DNA of 64,000 bases from Heptranchias perlo (lineage: Eukaryota), in contig NC_090333.1 in assembly GCF_035084215.1 (NCBI RefSeq), positions 59,024,001 through 59,088,000 on the forward strand, given 5' to 3'. Shown here one piece after another: positions 1-13,989 of the stretch (position 1 is the first letter of the stretch; each line of letters begins with the position of its first letter). The notes beneath the pieces were generated by a model that was not told the DNA's origin, made no database searches, and saw only the letters and a program-made list of their open reading frames with translations. Both the position numbers and the translations under genes were made by a program.

Positions 1-112
1 TAATGGTTTATGAAACCTGCAGTTAATACTATAGGAATAATTGCTGGTGTAATGATGTAAGCAATCTTCAGCTATTGCTGTAGATACAACCTACAGTTAT
101 GCTATAAGGATA

Positions 113-292
113 TGATGTGGAGATGCCGGTGATGGACTGGGGTTGACAATTGTAAACAATTTTACAACACCAAGTTATAGTCCAGCAAGGAGATCTTGAA
201 ACATTTACCTGAGGAAGGAGAAAATCTCCGAAAGCTTGTGAATTTAAAATAAAATTGCTGGACTATAACTTGGTGTTGTAAAATTGTTTACA
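113..292. mobile_element. Short Penelope-like (PLE) derived insertion with inverted duplication
   Basis: 12-bp TSD gctataaggata (101-112 and 293-304); 38-bp perfect inverted arms 151-188 and 255-292; same family as 8466-8604 and 49389-49523. Confidence 0.75.
203..243 (+). ncRNA. Minimal type-I hammerhead ribozyme motif
   Basis: ATTTAC-CTGAGGA-A-GGAGA(aaa)TCTCC-GAAA-GC-TT-GTGAAT: catalytic core, stem II and stem I present, with palindromic AGCT as stem III. Confidence 0.7.
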
Positions 293-879
293 GCTATAAG
301 GATAGTCACAGGTATTGGACACGTGCAGTCAATACTATAGAAATAAGCACTAGTAATGCTATAAGAAAATTACAGTCATTGTTTTAGGTACAACCTACAG
401 TTAAACTCTAGGAATAATCACCAGTATTGCTGCAGGAAATCTGCAGTCATTGCTGTAGGTACAATCTGCTTCCAACAGTGCTTTTATTTTTTTAAGATAA
501 AGATAAAACAGCCTAATTGTTCTGAAAGTAAATCTTATAATGACAGACAATATTTAGGCTAATAAGCAGATACAGGAAACAGTCTCAAATTACAAATTGA
601 ACATTTTCATGTTTTGGCATGAATATCTTTTTGAAGGTGTGTTTTGCAGAATGCAATTCCAGTTTATACCTGCTGAATTCAGACAAGAAAGCTTGTTTCA
701 GCAATGATGGAATGAAAGGACTGTAAGATAGTTTGAATCAGTCACAGGGATAACAAGAACCCTTGAAGGGACTGTCTGCAGAACTGCTGAAAAGGATTTG
801 ATCTGGGGAAACCTGTGGTCAGATGAGAATTTTTCCTTCGCCAATTTCACTCTGATTCCCCCCCCCCCCCACCCCCGCT

Positions 880-1170
880 CCTTTCCAGAAGGAAGGTGGA
901 GACTCATCCTGCTATACAGTTCTGCAGTGCCAGAAGCCCTCTGATACCTTGGCCAAGAAGCGATTTCTTCATGTTTGTTCAGGAATGTGATTCCTGGAGG
1001 ATTTTACCCCTCCCTTGCCTAGGGGCACTGATGCCAATTGTAGCCCCCACTGCTGCTCCAGTTGAGATCAGCTGACTCAACACAGACCACAGATTGAACC
1101 TGGGACTTTACTATTCTTTATGATTCATTAGCAGACCAGGCAATGCTTTAATGGACTAAGCCATATGGAA
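880..1170 (-). mobile_element. Degenerate tRNA-derived SINE (family with 'ctgtgctgagttagctgatctcag' core)
   Basis: Shares motifs with approximate copies at 2200-2600(-), 12390-12710(+), 13330-13650(-), 22130-22460(+), 25520-25850(-), 34520-34920(+), 38660-39000(-), 55470-55825(+). Confidence 0.6.
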
Positions 1171-2944
1171 GCCCTTTGTTTTTTGTAATATGTTTAAGGT
1201 ACACAACATTTGTATTTCTGATTTGCATTGATTTTACTATAAGATAACCCAAAGCTTTCCTAGGTTATCTAATCCTTGACTTGGCAAACTTCTGCCATTC
1301 ACAGAGTTCAGTCTGTTTCTGAGATCTGAAGTTGGAAACCTCTTGAATCCAACAGTTAAGCTCCCGAAGTGAGCTAAGTAAGATGCACCAGGGCATTTCA
1401 AGTGCAGCAATGATTTTAAGTCATAATTGCCACAGAATGGTACTGAACACATTATTAATAGAAATGTAGACTAAAACACTTGCAATGAGTTGTTATAAGG
1501 CATTCACAATTGGAGGCAAGCCCATCAAAACTAAGTTTATGTAAGAGAGGCAAGTATCGGCAGACTAGGTATCAGAAACAGTTCCTAAATTATTAGAATG
1601 AAAGCACGGAAACATAACTGTCCTTTTTCTGTAACATTACATTGTGTGTCTATTTGACAAGTTACATCAACTATTACATGAACTAGTTTAGTTAAATATT
1701 TTATGAAATGTTAAGTGAATGGTTTCTAACATTCTGCTGCAAAAAAAGCTATTTCTATCAACCCTACAAATTGTCATAAATTTTTCAAAGTACTATTTTC
1801 TTCACATCGTTTAGCTACTTCTGAGGATTTGATTCTGCTAGAATCTGATAAGATTGTTTTCTGACAGGACCTTGTTAAATTTTTTATTTTTGCTCTTATT
1901 ATTATTCCTTATAAATGAAAACATTTAACAATCAGACTTTTGGGAACGGGTGCAGGCATTAGATCCACCAATATTCTTGGCTATGTATCACAGATGAACA
2001 ACCAACAGGATCCCTGTTAAACTGATTAAAGATTTTCTTCATTTCCTTCTCAGGGTCTTTATCCATTTGTGGTCCTATGCCACCAATATCTCGGGTGGTT
2101 TGTCAGGTGAGCTTAAATCTGAGTATCATGGTCACAGCCATGGTTTTTTTTGTCAAACAGGACAGTTAATTCCTATAATCTAGTCAGAGACCCCTTTTTG
2201 CCAATTCTGTGCTCTTTCTCTCCCCTCTCATGATGGTGCTAACTCTTGCTGGTGTACAGTTCCATGGGCAGAGCAACTCTATCGCACCTAGACCAAGTGT
2301 CCATCGTGTAAACCTAGACAGTGAGTATGGGCCGGCTACTTGTTTGCCAAGGACATTGCAGCTAAGTCCAACTCTGGCCCCAACTGACTTCCACATATAT
2401 GCTTTCCAGCAGGATGACTGGCCAATGATCAGGAGCAAGAAGTTTGCCCGGTTTTATTTCTCCTTATCCCAGGGCTACTGAAGTCAACTGTCACGCCCCA
2501 ACTGCAGGCCCAGGATAGACCAGGGACTCAAGCTCAGACCTACTAGTTTGTATAGCTGAGTACTCCATTGGCAGTGCATTTACCCACCGAGCCACTGGGG
2601 CACAGTTCTAGAGACATTTGGTAAAGCCTATCTTGTAGTGGCCAGTGGAGATGACTGTTTTTATTCAACCAAAACCAATGCAAGAACAATTCCATCTTAT
2701 TACTGGGACAATGTGAAAGTTTTAGAAGTGTCTGACGTTCCAACGTGCATATTTTATGTGTGTCCATTTTTTAAAACTGTGCAATGTTTGATAATAGTCT
2801 ATGGCTGTGATTTGATCATTTCAGTGCCCTTACAGAGCTGATTTTTAAGCTCTCCAAAATGGTTCAGTGGATAAAGCCACCACCATATATAGTAGTAAGT
2901 TGTATAGGTCAAAAAGTCACAGGTTCACATTTTGGTCTGTGTTC

Positions 2945-5900
2945 ATAGAATCATAGAATCATACAACACAGGAAGAGGCCATTCGAGCCCGTGCCGGATC
3001 TTTGTAAGAGCAATCCAGTTAGTTCCATTCCCCCGCTCTTTCCCCATAGCCTTGCAAATTTTTTCCCTTCAAATATTTATCCAATTCTTTTTTGAAAACC
3101 ACGATTAAATCTGCTTCCACCACCCTTTCAGGCAGCGCATTCCAGATCATAAATACTCGCTGCATAAAGAAGTTTTTCCTCATGTCACCTTTGGTTCTTT
3201 TGCCAATCATCTTAAATCTGTGTTCTCTGGTTTTTGACCCTTCTGCCAATGGGAACAGTTTCTCTTTATTTACTTCATCTAAACCCTTCATGATTTTGAA
3301 CACGTCTATCAAATCTCCTCTCAACCTTTTCTGCTCTAAGAACAGCTTCTCCAGTTTATCCACTTTACTGAAGTCCCTCATCCCTGGAACCATTCTAGTA
3401 AATCTCTTCTGCACCCTCTCTAAGGCCTTCACATCCTTCCTAAAGTGTGGTGCCCAGAATTGGAGGCACTACTCCAGTTGTAATCGAACCAGTGTTTTAT
3501 AAAGGTTCAACATAACTTCCTTGCTTTTGTACTCTATGATTCTATTTATAAAACCGAGAATCCTCATGCTTTTTTAACCGCTTTCTCAACCTGTCCTGCC
3601 ACCTTCAAAGATTTGTGCACATATACCCTCAGGTTTCTTTGTTCCTGCACCCCCTTTAGAATTGTACCATTTAGTTTATATTGCCTCTCCTCGCTCTTCC
3701 TGCCAAAATGTATCACTTCGCACTTCTCTGCGTTAAATTTGATCTGCCATGTGTCCGCCCATTCCACCAGCCTGTCTATGATCCTCTTGAAATCTGTTAC
3801 TATCCTCCTCACTATTTAGTACACTTCCAAGTTTTGTGTCATCTTCAAATTTTGAAATTACGTAGTACTGACCCCTGAGGAACACGACTGTATACCTTCC
3901 TCTAGTCCAAAAAACAACCGTTCACCACTACTCTCTGTTTCCTGTCACTTAGCCAATTTCATATTTATGCTGCCACTATCCCTTTTATTCCATGGACTTC
4001 AATTTTGCTGACAAGCCTATTATGTGGCACTTTATCAAATGCCTTTTGAAAGTCCATGTACATAACATCAACCGCATTACTCTCATCAACCCTCTCTGTT
4101 ACCTCATCAAAAAACTCAAACAAGTTAGTTAAACATGATTTGCCTTTAACAAATCCATGCTGGCTTTCCTTTATTAATCCATACTTGTCCAAGTGACTAT
4201 TAATTTTGTCCTGGATTATTGTTTCTAAAAGCTTCCCCACCACCGAGATTAAACTGTCTGGCCTGTAGTTGCCGGGTTTATCCTTACACCCTTTTTTGAA
4301 CAAAGTTGTAACATTTGCAATTCTCCGGTCCTCTGGCACCACCCCCATATCTAAGGATGTTTGGAAGATTATGGCCAGCACCTCTGCAGATTCCACCCTT
4401 ACTTCCCTCAGCAACCTAGGATGCATCCCATCCGGACCGGGTGACTTATCTGCTTTACGTACAGCCAGCCTTTCTAGTACCTCCTTTATCAATTTTTACC
4501 CCATCCAGTATCTCAACTATCTCTTTTACTGTGACTTTGGCAGTATCTTCTTCCTTGATAAAGACAGATGAAAAGTACTCATTTAATACCTCAGCTATGC
4601 CTTCTGCCTCCATGTGTAGATCTCCTTTTTGGTCCCGAATCAGCCCCACCCCTCCTCTTACTACCTGTTTACTATTTATATGCCTGTAGTAGACTTTTGG
4701 ATTCCCTTTTATGTTGGCCGCCAGTCTATTCTCATTCTCTCTCTTTGCTCCTATTATTTCCTTTTTCACTTCTCCTCTGTACTTTCTATATTCAGCCTGG
4801 TTCTCACTTGTATTATCAACCTGACATCTGTCATACACCCACTTTTTCTGCTTCATTTTACTCCCTGTCTCTTTCGTCATCCAGTGAGTTCTGGTTTTGG
4901 TTCCCCTAACTTTCTGCCTCGTGGGAATGTACCTGGACTGTACTTGAACCATCTCCTCTTTAAAGGCCGTTCATTGTTCGATTACAGTTTTGCCTGCCAA
5001 CCTTTGATTCCAATTTACTCGTGCCAGATCTGTTCTCAACCCAATGAAATTGACCCTCCTCCAATTAAGTATTTTTATTCTAGATTGTTCCTTGTCCTTT
5101 TCCATAATGAATCTATATCTTATGTTACTATGATCACTGTTCCCTAAATGTTCCCCCACTGACTCTTGCTTCACTTGACCCACCTCATTCCCCAGAACCA
5201 GATCCAGCAATGCCTCCTTCCTCAGGCTGGAAACATACTGATCATGAAAGTTCTTTTGAACACACTTCAGAACTTCATCCCCCTCTTTGCCCTTTACACT
5301 ATAACTATCCCAGTCTATATTAGGATAGTTGAAGTCCCCCATTGTCACTACTCTATAGTTCTTGCACCTCTCTGTAATTTCCCTGCAAATTTGCTCCTCT
5401 ATATCCTTCCCACTAGTTGGTGGCCTATAGAATACACCCAGTAGTGTAATGGTCCCTCTATTGTTTCTTAACTCTAACCAAATAGATTCTGTCCTTGACC
5501 CCTCAAGGGCAACCTCTCTCTCCAGCACTGCAATATTCTTCTTAATCAAAACTGCCAACCCCCCCTCCTTTTTTTCCTTCCCTATCTTTGCTCTACACCT
5601 TGTATCCAAGAATATCTAGTACCCAATCCTGCCCTTTTTTGAGCCAGGTCTCTGTTATCACCACTACATCACATTCCCATGTGGCTATTTGTGCCTGCAG
5701 CTCACCAACCTTATTTACCACGCTTCATGCGTTTATACACATGCACCGTAAATCCATCTTAGACCTTCTCGTATTCTCTCTTAGTCTGAACCCACCTGAT
5801 ACTGTACTATTTCTTACTGTAGTGCTATCTGCCTCTCCCAATCCTTTGTGCACCTTCTTTCTCCTTTCTAATGCTACATCCTGGTGCCACCCCCCTACCA

Positions 5901-7100
5901 AATTAGTTTAAACCCTCCCCCACGAGGACATTGGTCCCTGCTTTGTAGAGGTGCAACCCGTCTGTCTTGAACAGGTCCCTCCTGCCCCAGAACTGGACCC
6001 AATGCCCTAAATATCTGAAGCTCTCCCTCTTGCACCATGTCTCTAGCCACGCATTAACCTGCCTAATCTTCCTATTCCTGTACTCACTAGTGTGTGGAAC
6101 TGGGAGTGATCCAGAGATTACTACCTTTTGAGGTTCTGCTTTTTAACTTCCTCCCTAGCTCCTCAGACTCTTAACTACAGGACCTCACCCCTTTTCTTTC
6201 TTACATCGTTGGTACCCACATGGAATACGACTTCTAGCTCTTCCCCTTTCCCCCGCAGAATGTTCTGCACCCGCTCCGTGATGTCCTTTACCCTGGCACC
6301 AGAGAGGCAACATACCATGCGCGACTCATAGAAATGCCTGTCTGTCCCCCTGACTATCAAATCCCCTCTGACTACTGCATTTCTACACTTCACTGTGCAG
6401 TCCTTTGCCCCATGGTGCCATGCTCAGGACTGCACTCCTTTGAGGTGTTGTCACCCTCACTGGTAATACTGGTTTGAGAGTGCCTCTCACCCAGAAGATT
6501 CCTGCACTGCCTGCCTCTTCCTACCCTTTCGGATGGCCACCCACTTGTTTTCCTGAACTCTCTGTGGCTGCGGAGTGACCACCTCCTGGAACGTATGATC
6601 CTGGAAACCTTCAGCCTCCCTTATGCTCTGCCTCTCAAGCTCAGAAACCCTCAGCTTGAGCTCGAGCAACTGGATGCATTTCCTGTACATGTGGTCCTCC
6701 GGGACACATGAAGCATCCTGAAATTCCCACCTGGCGCAGGAATTACAGGCAATGGTTCTCAGCTGCCCACCCATTATATTTAGAAACTTTTTTTTTCTAA
6801 ACTCCCTTTAGATATTCGATTATTCTTAATTTACTTACCCCAATTAACCTACCCTTTTATTCCGGGTCTCTGAGAGCTCCTCCTCTCTGTTCACTGTGAC
6901 TTCACGGTGATGTTACTCTCTCTGTTCTTAGTGAATGGGGAATGGGCTCCTCCCCGGAGCTCAACACCGCTTCTCCCGACTAAATAATCTATTTCCTTAT
7001 AGATAATTACTTCTTAGTCTGTTTTGTTTTTTTTTGCTTTTTTTTCTTAATTTAGCACCTCCTCCCCCTCTAATTCCCACTCTCACGTTCCCACGGTTCA
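2945..7100 (-). mobile_element. Near full-length, disrupted CR1 LINE (ORF1 Zn-finger plus SGNH esterase; ORF2 APE plus RT)
   Basis: ORF fragments: CNSC..KC zinc finger (6487-6774), GD..VRG/HVGTND esterase (6175-6393), GVFYRPP/MGDFN/SDH endonuclease (4971-5609), KSPGPDG/NYRP/YMDFQKAFDKV RT (3965-4492), LERVQKRFTR C-terminus; (ATTCTATG)n tail at 2945-2963; 5' limit approximate. Confidence 0.95.
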
Positions 7101-7299
7101 CGATCCACTCTGTGATTCAACCATCAACTCAGTGTTGAGTTATCTGATTGCAGTCGGAGTAGCAAAAAGGCCATGACACCTGGTCTCAGCACCTCTCGGT
7201 AAGGGGGGAAAAATCATTCTGATGACTATTCAATGATTTTTGTTCAAAAATGTACATGTTTGAGGCGTTCAGGTGAGAATTTGATCAGTCTCTGCTGTA

Positions 7300-7950
7300 A
7301 TAAGAACATAAGAACATAAGAAATGGGAGGAGTAGGACATACAGCCCCTTGAACCTGCTCTGCCATTCAATAACATCCATTAACGGTTGAACAGCCTAGG
7401 GTCAATATGAATAATGGTCATTTGGGTCATGTACTGGAGAACGGCTTGTGCCTGTGGACTGTGGTGTAGCATGAATCAGCGCTTTCAGAAGAGGCAACAA
7501 ATTGGAAAGAAAAAGCTTGTAATTGATAATAATGTACTTGACACTGATTGTATAACAAAAGTTTAAAAAAAAAATTCCTAGGAGACCCCAGATGACTGAG
7601 AAGCAGCTAACCTGGCACCAATTAATAAGAGGATTTGGGAATTCTAGACCAGTGAGCTTGACCTCAGATGTTGTAAAGGACACAGTTCAGGGTCGGCCTT
7701 TGAAATGAAGATGAGACAAAAACCTAGCATTGATTTACAAATGAGAGGTCATGTCGTACAAGTTAGCTAGACTTTTTTTCCTGGAGAATGTGATTTAGTA
7801 TTTGGAAGACAAACCAAAAAAGCAACATTTTGTTTGACTTTCAAGAGACATTTGATATAGTACCTCATAGGAGATGATGTTTGAATCAGGGAAGGTAGAA
7901 TTTCATTGTTATGAAATACCTCACAAACTGGAAAGAACAATGTTTTGACA
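7300..7950. mobile_element. CR1 3' tail (-) followed by highly decayed CR1 RT fragments (+)
   Basis: (TAAGAACA)n tail at ~7300-7322; 'attctagaccagtgagcttgacctcag' NYRPVSLTS-like remnant. Confidence 0.5.
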
Positions 7951-8465
7951 ATGGAAACTGGAAGAAATGATAAATATTCATTATTTGGGGCCCTCCCAAA
8001 GGCACAGTGAGTTATACGCCCCGCCATTATACAGACCAAGAAAGTCCCAGGTTAAATCCCCGGTCTATGCTGAGTTGGCTGATCTCATCCAGAAGTAGGT
8101 ATGATGCAAATGAAGCCAATCCCATCCTCATCTGACATCGAAGTACGAGCACTTTCCAACAAGAGTCACTGGCTAGCCATCAGAGCACTGGCTAGTCTTT
8201 TGCTTCTTAGGCCAAGGGCACTGATCCTCTGCTACTGTTATCAACTAACTAACACAAATAAGGGATCAAACCTGGGATCTTCCTGATCTATACTGCTTAG
8301 TAACAGACTGCTCATTGCATTTACCAACTGAGCCACTGATAGAAAAAGGGAAACTATTTTTAATTTGTCAATTCTTCAATTCTTTGATATTGGGGCTAAA
8401 ACTTTGTAAGTCACCAACATGTCCATTATGCAACTGAGACTTCTCCCTCCCACTGCCTACCCCAC

Positions 8466-8604
8466 ATTTCCACATCGTTCACCTGAGGAAGGAGGTAGCC
8501 TCCGAAAGCTTGTGAATTTAAAATAAAATTGCTGGACTATAACTTGGTGTTGTAAAATTGTTTACAATTGTCAACCCCAGTCCATCACCGGCATCTCCAC
8601 ATCA
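8466..8604 (+). mobile_element. Short PLE-derived element with hammerhead motif (8478-8516)
   Basis: 8-bp TSD taccccac (8458-8465 and 8605-8612); TTCAC-CTGAGGA-A-GGAGG(tag)CCTCC-GAAA-GC-TT-GTGAA; ends ...catctccacatca. Confidence 0.75.
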
Positions 8605-8645
8605 TACCCCACCCAAGCAATACGTTCACTTAGAAATGGATGAAA

Positions 8646-9118
8646 AGGGAACTTGATGGTATAGTTGGTCAGATATTGGCCTTTCACCTCTAGAACTGGG
8701 CTGAAATCCAGCCCAGGCTGAATGAACTAAAGTCTCCTTTCAAAGTAATCTGGCTGTATGGGTCCTCCTTTGTGAAATGAGTTTGGACAGCCTGAATTTT
8801 AATTCTTAGAGGACATGGATCGACAGTACAAAACTGGTCCTAATTTGGCATTAATTGGCAATCTCACCCAGAAATTAATGCCAAATTAGGAGCAGTTTGA
8901 CCAGTATCAGAAATGGAAAACATGTCACATTGGTGCAGTATGGGATGATTTTCTGTAGTTGGAGCTGAGGCATGTTGTTGAGACATAGATGGAGCTTTAC
9001 TCGACATCTGGCTGTGCTATACCTGATCTGAGAGTAATTGATGCTGACACTAGATGCCTGAAATGGGGACATTTTCATTATTCAGCAATAATATCCCTCA
9101 CCTTGGTGAGCACAAAAA
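8646..9118 (+). mobile_element. LF-SINE-like element
   Basis: 'gcctttcacctctag', 'aaatccagcccagg', 'tgtgaaatgagtt' and 'aatttggcattaattggca' match recalled LF-SINE consensus blocks; A-rich end; partial copy ~29370-29620. Confidence 0.6.
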
Positions 9119-9654
9119 AGTTTTAAGAAAAGCAAACAAAAAAAATGCACAGATTCATCAAACATGGTTAGATGATACAGTGCTTGCATTTCAGAACATT
9201 ATCCCTCATCTTTGTTCTGCAGTTGTACGTTTGATCTAGGTAAAGAAGGTAGGTTTGTGTTTGCTCAGATCTACATGGAGCTGTTGAGTGCAGATATTAA
9301 CTGAAAAAACAAGTGCTGTGACTTTATATAGTATTCAGCATAGCAATGTGTGGAGATTTGCAATTATCAGCTGTGTATTTAAGCGATAAGGAATTGAAAG
9401 AAAAATATTACAATAGCTGCAATTAAACTGCACAAATATATTTTATAAAACAACTTGTAAATGAAATAATAATTTCTCTAGGTATAAGTTTGGGAGGAGG
9501 TAGTCACTCAGCATAAAATTCAGCAAAGCCCATCTCGTAAAAAGAAAATCTTTGGAAAGGCGCAGTGTTGAGGGAAAAAAAGTTTTTTTTAATCATCTCA
9601 GCTGGTAAATACACTGCATGGTGTGGTACTGAACCATATAAATCAGAAGAACCT

Positions 9655-10275
9655 TGTGTCAGATCTCTAAATACTGTGGCTACAAGGGCAGGTCAGAGGC
9701 TGAGTATTCTGTGACGAGTGACTCACGTCCTGACTCCCCAAAGCCTTTCCACCATCTACAAGGCACAAGTCAGGAGTGTGATGGAATACTCTCCACTTGC
9801 CTGGATGAGTGCAGCTCCAACAACACTCAAGAAGCTCGACACCATCCAGGACAAAGCAGCCCTCATCCACCACCCTAAACGTTCACTCCCTTCACTACCG
9901 GCGCACTGTGGCTACAGTGTGCACCATCCACAGGATCCACTGCAGCAACTCGCCAAGGCATCATCGACAGCATCTCCCAACCCCGCGACCTCTACCACCT
10001 AGAAGGGCAAGGGCAGCAGGCACATGGGAACACCACCACCTGCACGTTCCCCTCCAAGTCACACACCATCCCAACTTGGAAATATATTGCCGTTCCTTCA
10101 TCGTCGCTGGGTCAAAATCCTAGAACTCCCTTCCTAACAGCAATGTGGGAGAACCTTCAACACACGGACTGCAGCGGTTCAAGAAGGCGGCTCACCACCA
10201 CCTTCTCGAGGGCAATTAGGGATGGGCAATAAATGTTGGCCTTGCCAGTGACGCCTACATCCCATGAACGAATAA
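9655..10275 (+). mobile_element. 5'-truncated copy of the young APE-RT LINE family
   Basis: Nearly identical to the reverse complement of 14714-15330 (STIYKAQVRSVMEY...KLDTIQDKAA); same 3' tail. Confidence 0.95.
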
Positions 10276-11837
10276 TTTTTAAAAATCTGCCCAGTTAATG
10301 GCTCGCTCATCATATAGAGGGCATGTTCCTCGTGTGGGGTGTGAATCTAATAAGAAAATGAAAAACTTTATTAACAATCTATTAATACTTTATTTTTTTT
10401 TGTATTCCAGAGACCTTTACAAAGCCAAGAAAGAAAGAAACTGGATAGTACATGGCGGTATAATTTCACCTTCGTCCCAAGTCTGTTCAATTACATTTGC
10501 CCATGTATATTCCACCAGCTCAGTACCTGCCCCTTTCTTGTAGGATTTGGTCCTGCTGTTATCCAAGTTTCACAATGATACCACGTTTGAAGGAGATAGT
10601 TCTGATATTAGTTTGTCACTGCTCTTATTGCCATTCATATTGGAGGTTTTCAAGAAAACTTTGTGTCTTTGTAGGGGTTGTGAAAAAAAAATCTTAAAAA
10701 GAGGAATATCATATACACTAGGGAGCAATGAAAGCCCTGCTGTTCGTAGAGTGTGGAGTAGAAGAGCTTGTGAGTGGAACCTATCTGAGATAATGATCTG
10801 ACCAATCTATATACTGTCTGAAGTTTGGATTGTATCACTGGGAAGGACTTTTACTGGGCTGCACAACCTCTGTTTCTGGCAAAGTTCTGTCTTGTTTGTA
10901 GCATCCCCAGGTGTGCAGTTTAAAGTACATAGATTGGTCAGATTATTATCTCATACATGTTCCATTCACAGTCTCTTTAGCTCCACATTCAAAGGAACAC
11001 ATCTACAAACAGCAGAGCTTTCATTGGTCTCCAGTGTAGCTATGATATATCTCTCTTTGAAACAAAGATTGAGGCTTTATTCAGAAATATTGCTCTCCAT
11101 CTTGAGAAACAGTTTGGAAACTGTTGAAATTAAATATTTTTCATCTCATCGTAAAACAACCTGCTCCTCCGCCAGTTATTCTAATCCAGTAATTAGAATG
11201 AAACTTAATAATAGGCAGCTCCAGAGACAGCAGAATCCGTCCTGTAGAGATTAAGGCCAAAATATTTTGGAATGGAGTAAAAGTTCTGGCATCTCTTAGC
11301 TATTGAAATCTGAAAGTGCTGATACAATCAGATTGGCTGACAGGTTCCTCCCAAATGACCCTCAGACAAATTGTGCCAAATGCTGGAACTTTTGTGATAA
11401 CATCTCCACGATCTGAATGTTCTCTGGAGCAGGATGACCCTGAGAAATTTCAGCCACATAGTTGAGCACGGAGCAGATGAAGAAACTAAAAGCCTCTGTT
11501 CCAGGTCTGCTTTGAAACTAGAGGCTCCAATATCTGCAAGAGCGCAACCTTGGCCAATTGTATAGCTGACTTTTCCTCGCTGTGCATCACCAGGTTTGAT
11601 ATTGAAGATTAGAGACCAGGAAGATCACAGATTTGCCCCCCTCCAAGTGGCTTCAGTGGCCCTGAAAGAAAATCAGGTGTTGGGCTTAGTTGTGATGCCT
11701 TCCTTGATCAAATAACCACTTGATCAAGCTGCTAATCCAAGAAATAGAAAATCAGAAGAGGTGGCACTTTTAGTTGTTCTAGTATCTGTGGTTCTTAGAC
11801 TGTGTCACTGAATATTTTCTTTGTAAGTGTTATATTT

Positions 11838-12190
11838 TCTCAGTGGTAGTACTCTCACCTCAGAGTTAGAAGGACCTGAGCATATAATCTAGGCCGATAT
11901 TTCAGTAGCGTACTGAGCAAGTGCTGCATTGTCAGAGGTGCAGTTTCAGATGAGATGTTAAACCAAAGCCCTGTGGTGGACGTAAATGATTCCATAGCAC
12001 TATTTGATGAACTACATGGAGTTTTCACTGGTGTCCTGGCCAACACTTATCCCTCAACTAACAGGTCATTTATCTCACTATGGTTTGTGGAACCTTGTGC
12101 GACTACACTTCACTAGTAGTTCATTAGGTTTGACGTACCTTGAGGTGTCCTGAGAACGAAAAGGTGCTATATAAATGCAAGTTCTTTCTA
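11838..12190 (+). mobile_element. Deu-domain SINE (SacSINE1/AmnSINE1-like)
   Basis: 'gacgtaaatgattccatagcactatttga...ggtgtcctggccaac..tatccctcaac' core; 3' 'gctatataaatgcaagttcttt'. Confidence 0.7.
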
Positions 12191-13989
12191 ATGTTTCAGG
12201 ATTACTAAGCACCTTTACCAGTTTAGTATTTTTATTTTAAAAGTTTGAGCTTTAAGGGCAGGTCACAAATATTAACAAATAATAGACCTGTTTGATAGAT
12301 GTCAGTAAAGTTGTTCCGTACTCAGTGAGAAGCCCAACTATAGTAGCTTAATATTTTGCCTATTGTAAAAAAATAACATGTTTACTCCCCTTTTATAGCT
12401 CAATGGTTTGAGTGCTGAGCAATCCAGACTAGGAAAATCTCAAATTGAATCCATGGTCTGTATTGAATTAGCTGATCTCAACCAGAGTCACTGCAGTTTG
12501 GTGTCAACGTCCCAGAGCCAGGGAGAGAAAGAAGAAATCAGCCAGAGTTCCTCTTACTGTTTGCTATCCAGTGAATCCTACTAGAAATGCATACGTAGAT
12601 ACGAGGCAAGGTCAGACTGGATTGTGATGTCCTCCCTAGTTAAATACCCTGCTGACACTCATGAAGGGTTACTGGAACTCTGGCCCAGGCATAGGGGGAA
12701 AATTAGAGTAGAAAAAAACACCCATTATTTTAAAAATCAGCTGCACAAAAAGTTAAATGGTAGAAGTATTATTTGTTACAATTCATTTTTCTTCAACCTC
12801 AGTTGATGCAGCTTAATCATAAAGCTGGATAGTCTAAACAACCTATATAGACAACATCACTTCTGGTCCTGCTCTCACTACAGGGCCAAAATCTTATCTT
12901 TTGAGCCATGAGTTGCCTGCTGTGAGTGAATTTTGTGCCCAGGCTTGAAAGAGGCAGAGATTCAAAGCTAGGTCTTTTGCTCCATAACCCAGTGTATTAA
13001 AATGCTGCACCAGCTACCCAGGGATGAATTTGGAAAGCCCTTGTTTTTTTAGATTGAATATAAGTTTGTTTTGGAAAAAATTCTAGTTCAACACTTAAGA
13101 AAAACACTAAAAATTCAAAATAATTGCATCTTATTTAAAAAGCATCAACTCAACTTGGGTCTATTTTGGTCAGATAGTTACTGTTTATGCAATGGAACTG
13201 GTTTCATTTGACAAAAGGGTGTCTTCTGATAGATGTGTGCAGCACAAATTAAGCCCATACAGCTTTCACTTGATGGAATAAATGCAGAATCTGTCACTCA
13301 AGGCAATGCCTGTGCTTATCCCTTTACTTTAGGATTTTTCACCAATATTTCCCCATTATACCCCTCTTCAGAAGGCAATCATTTTTACTAGGTTATAGTT
13401 CCATAGGTGCCAGGTACCCTGCAGTACCTCATGCTAGTGGCCATTATTCATGTGTTTCATTTCCTTCACAGCAAGTAGCAGCAGGTTATTTGACTGCAAG
13501 AGCATCATAACTTGTATTAATTGGGCACATACACTTCCAGGAATGATCACTTGGTTGCAAGCAAGTGCAAGTGCTCTGTCTAACTGCCCCCTCCCTAATC
13601 AAAGGCCACTGTAGTCAACTGTAGTGCTCATATTGCTGAGATTAGCAGAGCTACTTTAAGGCACCTACAAATCACAGCCTCTTCCCATGGGAGAGATAAC
13701 TGGAGGGAAAAATCAGCAGAGAGAGAGAGAGATCAGTGAACCAAGAAAATCCTGGTAACTGTCAGAACATAACAGACACAGGCAGATGAATATAAGGAAA
13801 AAGGGAAGATTAAAATACAAGAATGGGATAGAGTAATAGAGATGGGGGTGTTGTAATTACCTATCTTGGCTGGTGAAACCACTACTTTATATTGGTCTCT
13901 GATTTTTGTACCAAAAACTGGAATTGCAATTATAGGCAGGAAGGAAGCTACAATGAAATCTGCTCCTCCCATTGTTTCTAGTCAGGCAG

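Larger units (their letters stand above)
1..470. repeat. Degenerate tandem repeat (~40/80-bp units), interrupted by the 113-292 insertion
   Basis: Recurring 'aacct(g/a)cagtta..act(a/c)taggaataa' and 'cagtcattgctgtaggtacaa' motifs. Confidence 0.7.

Noticed and set aside
10890-11620. Possible exons or pseudogene downstream of KEAP1 (e.g. PDE4A 3' end)
   Set aside because: The frames I translated showed no recognisable protein; splice-like sites alone are insufficient.
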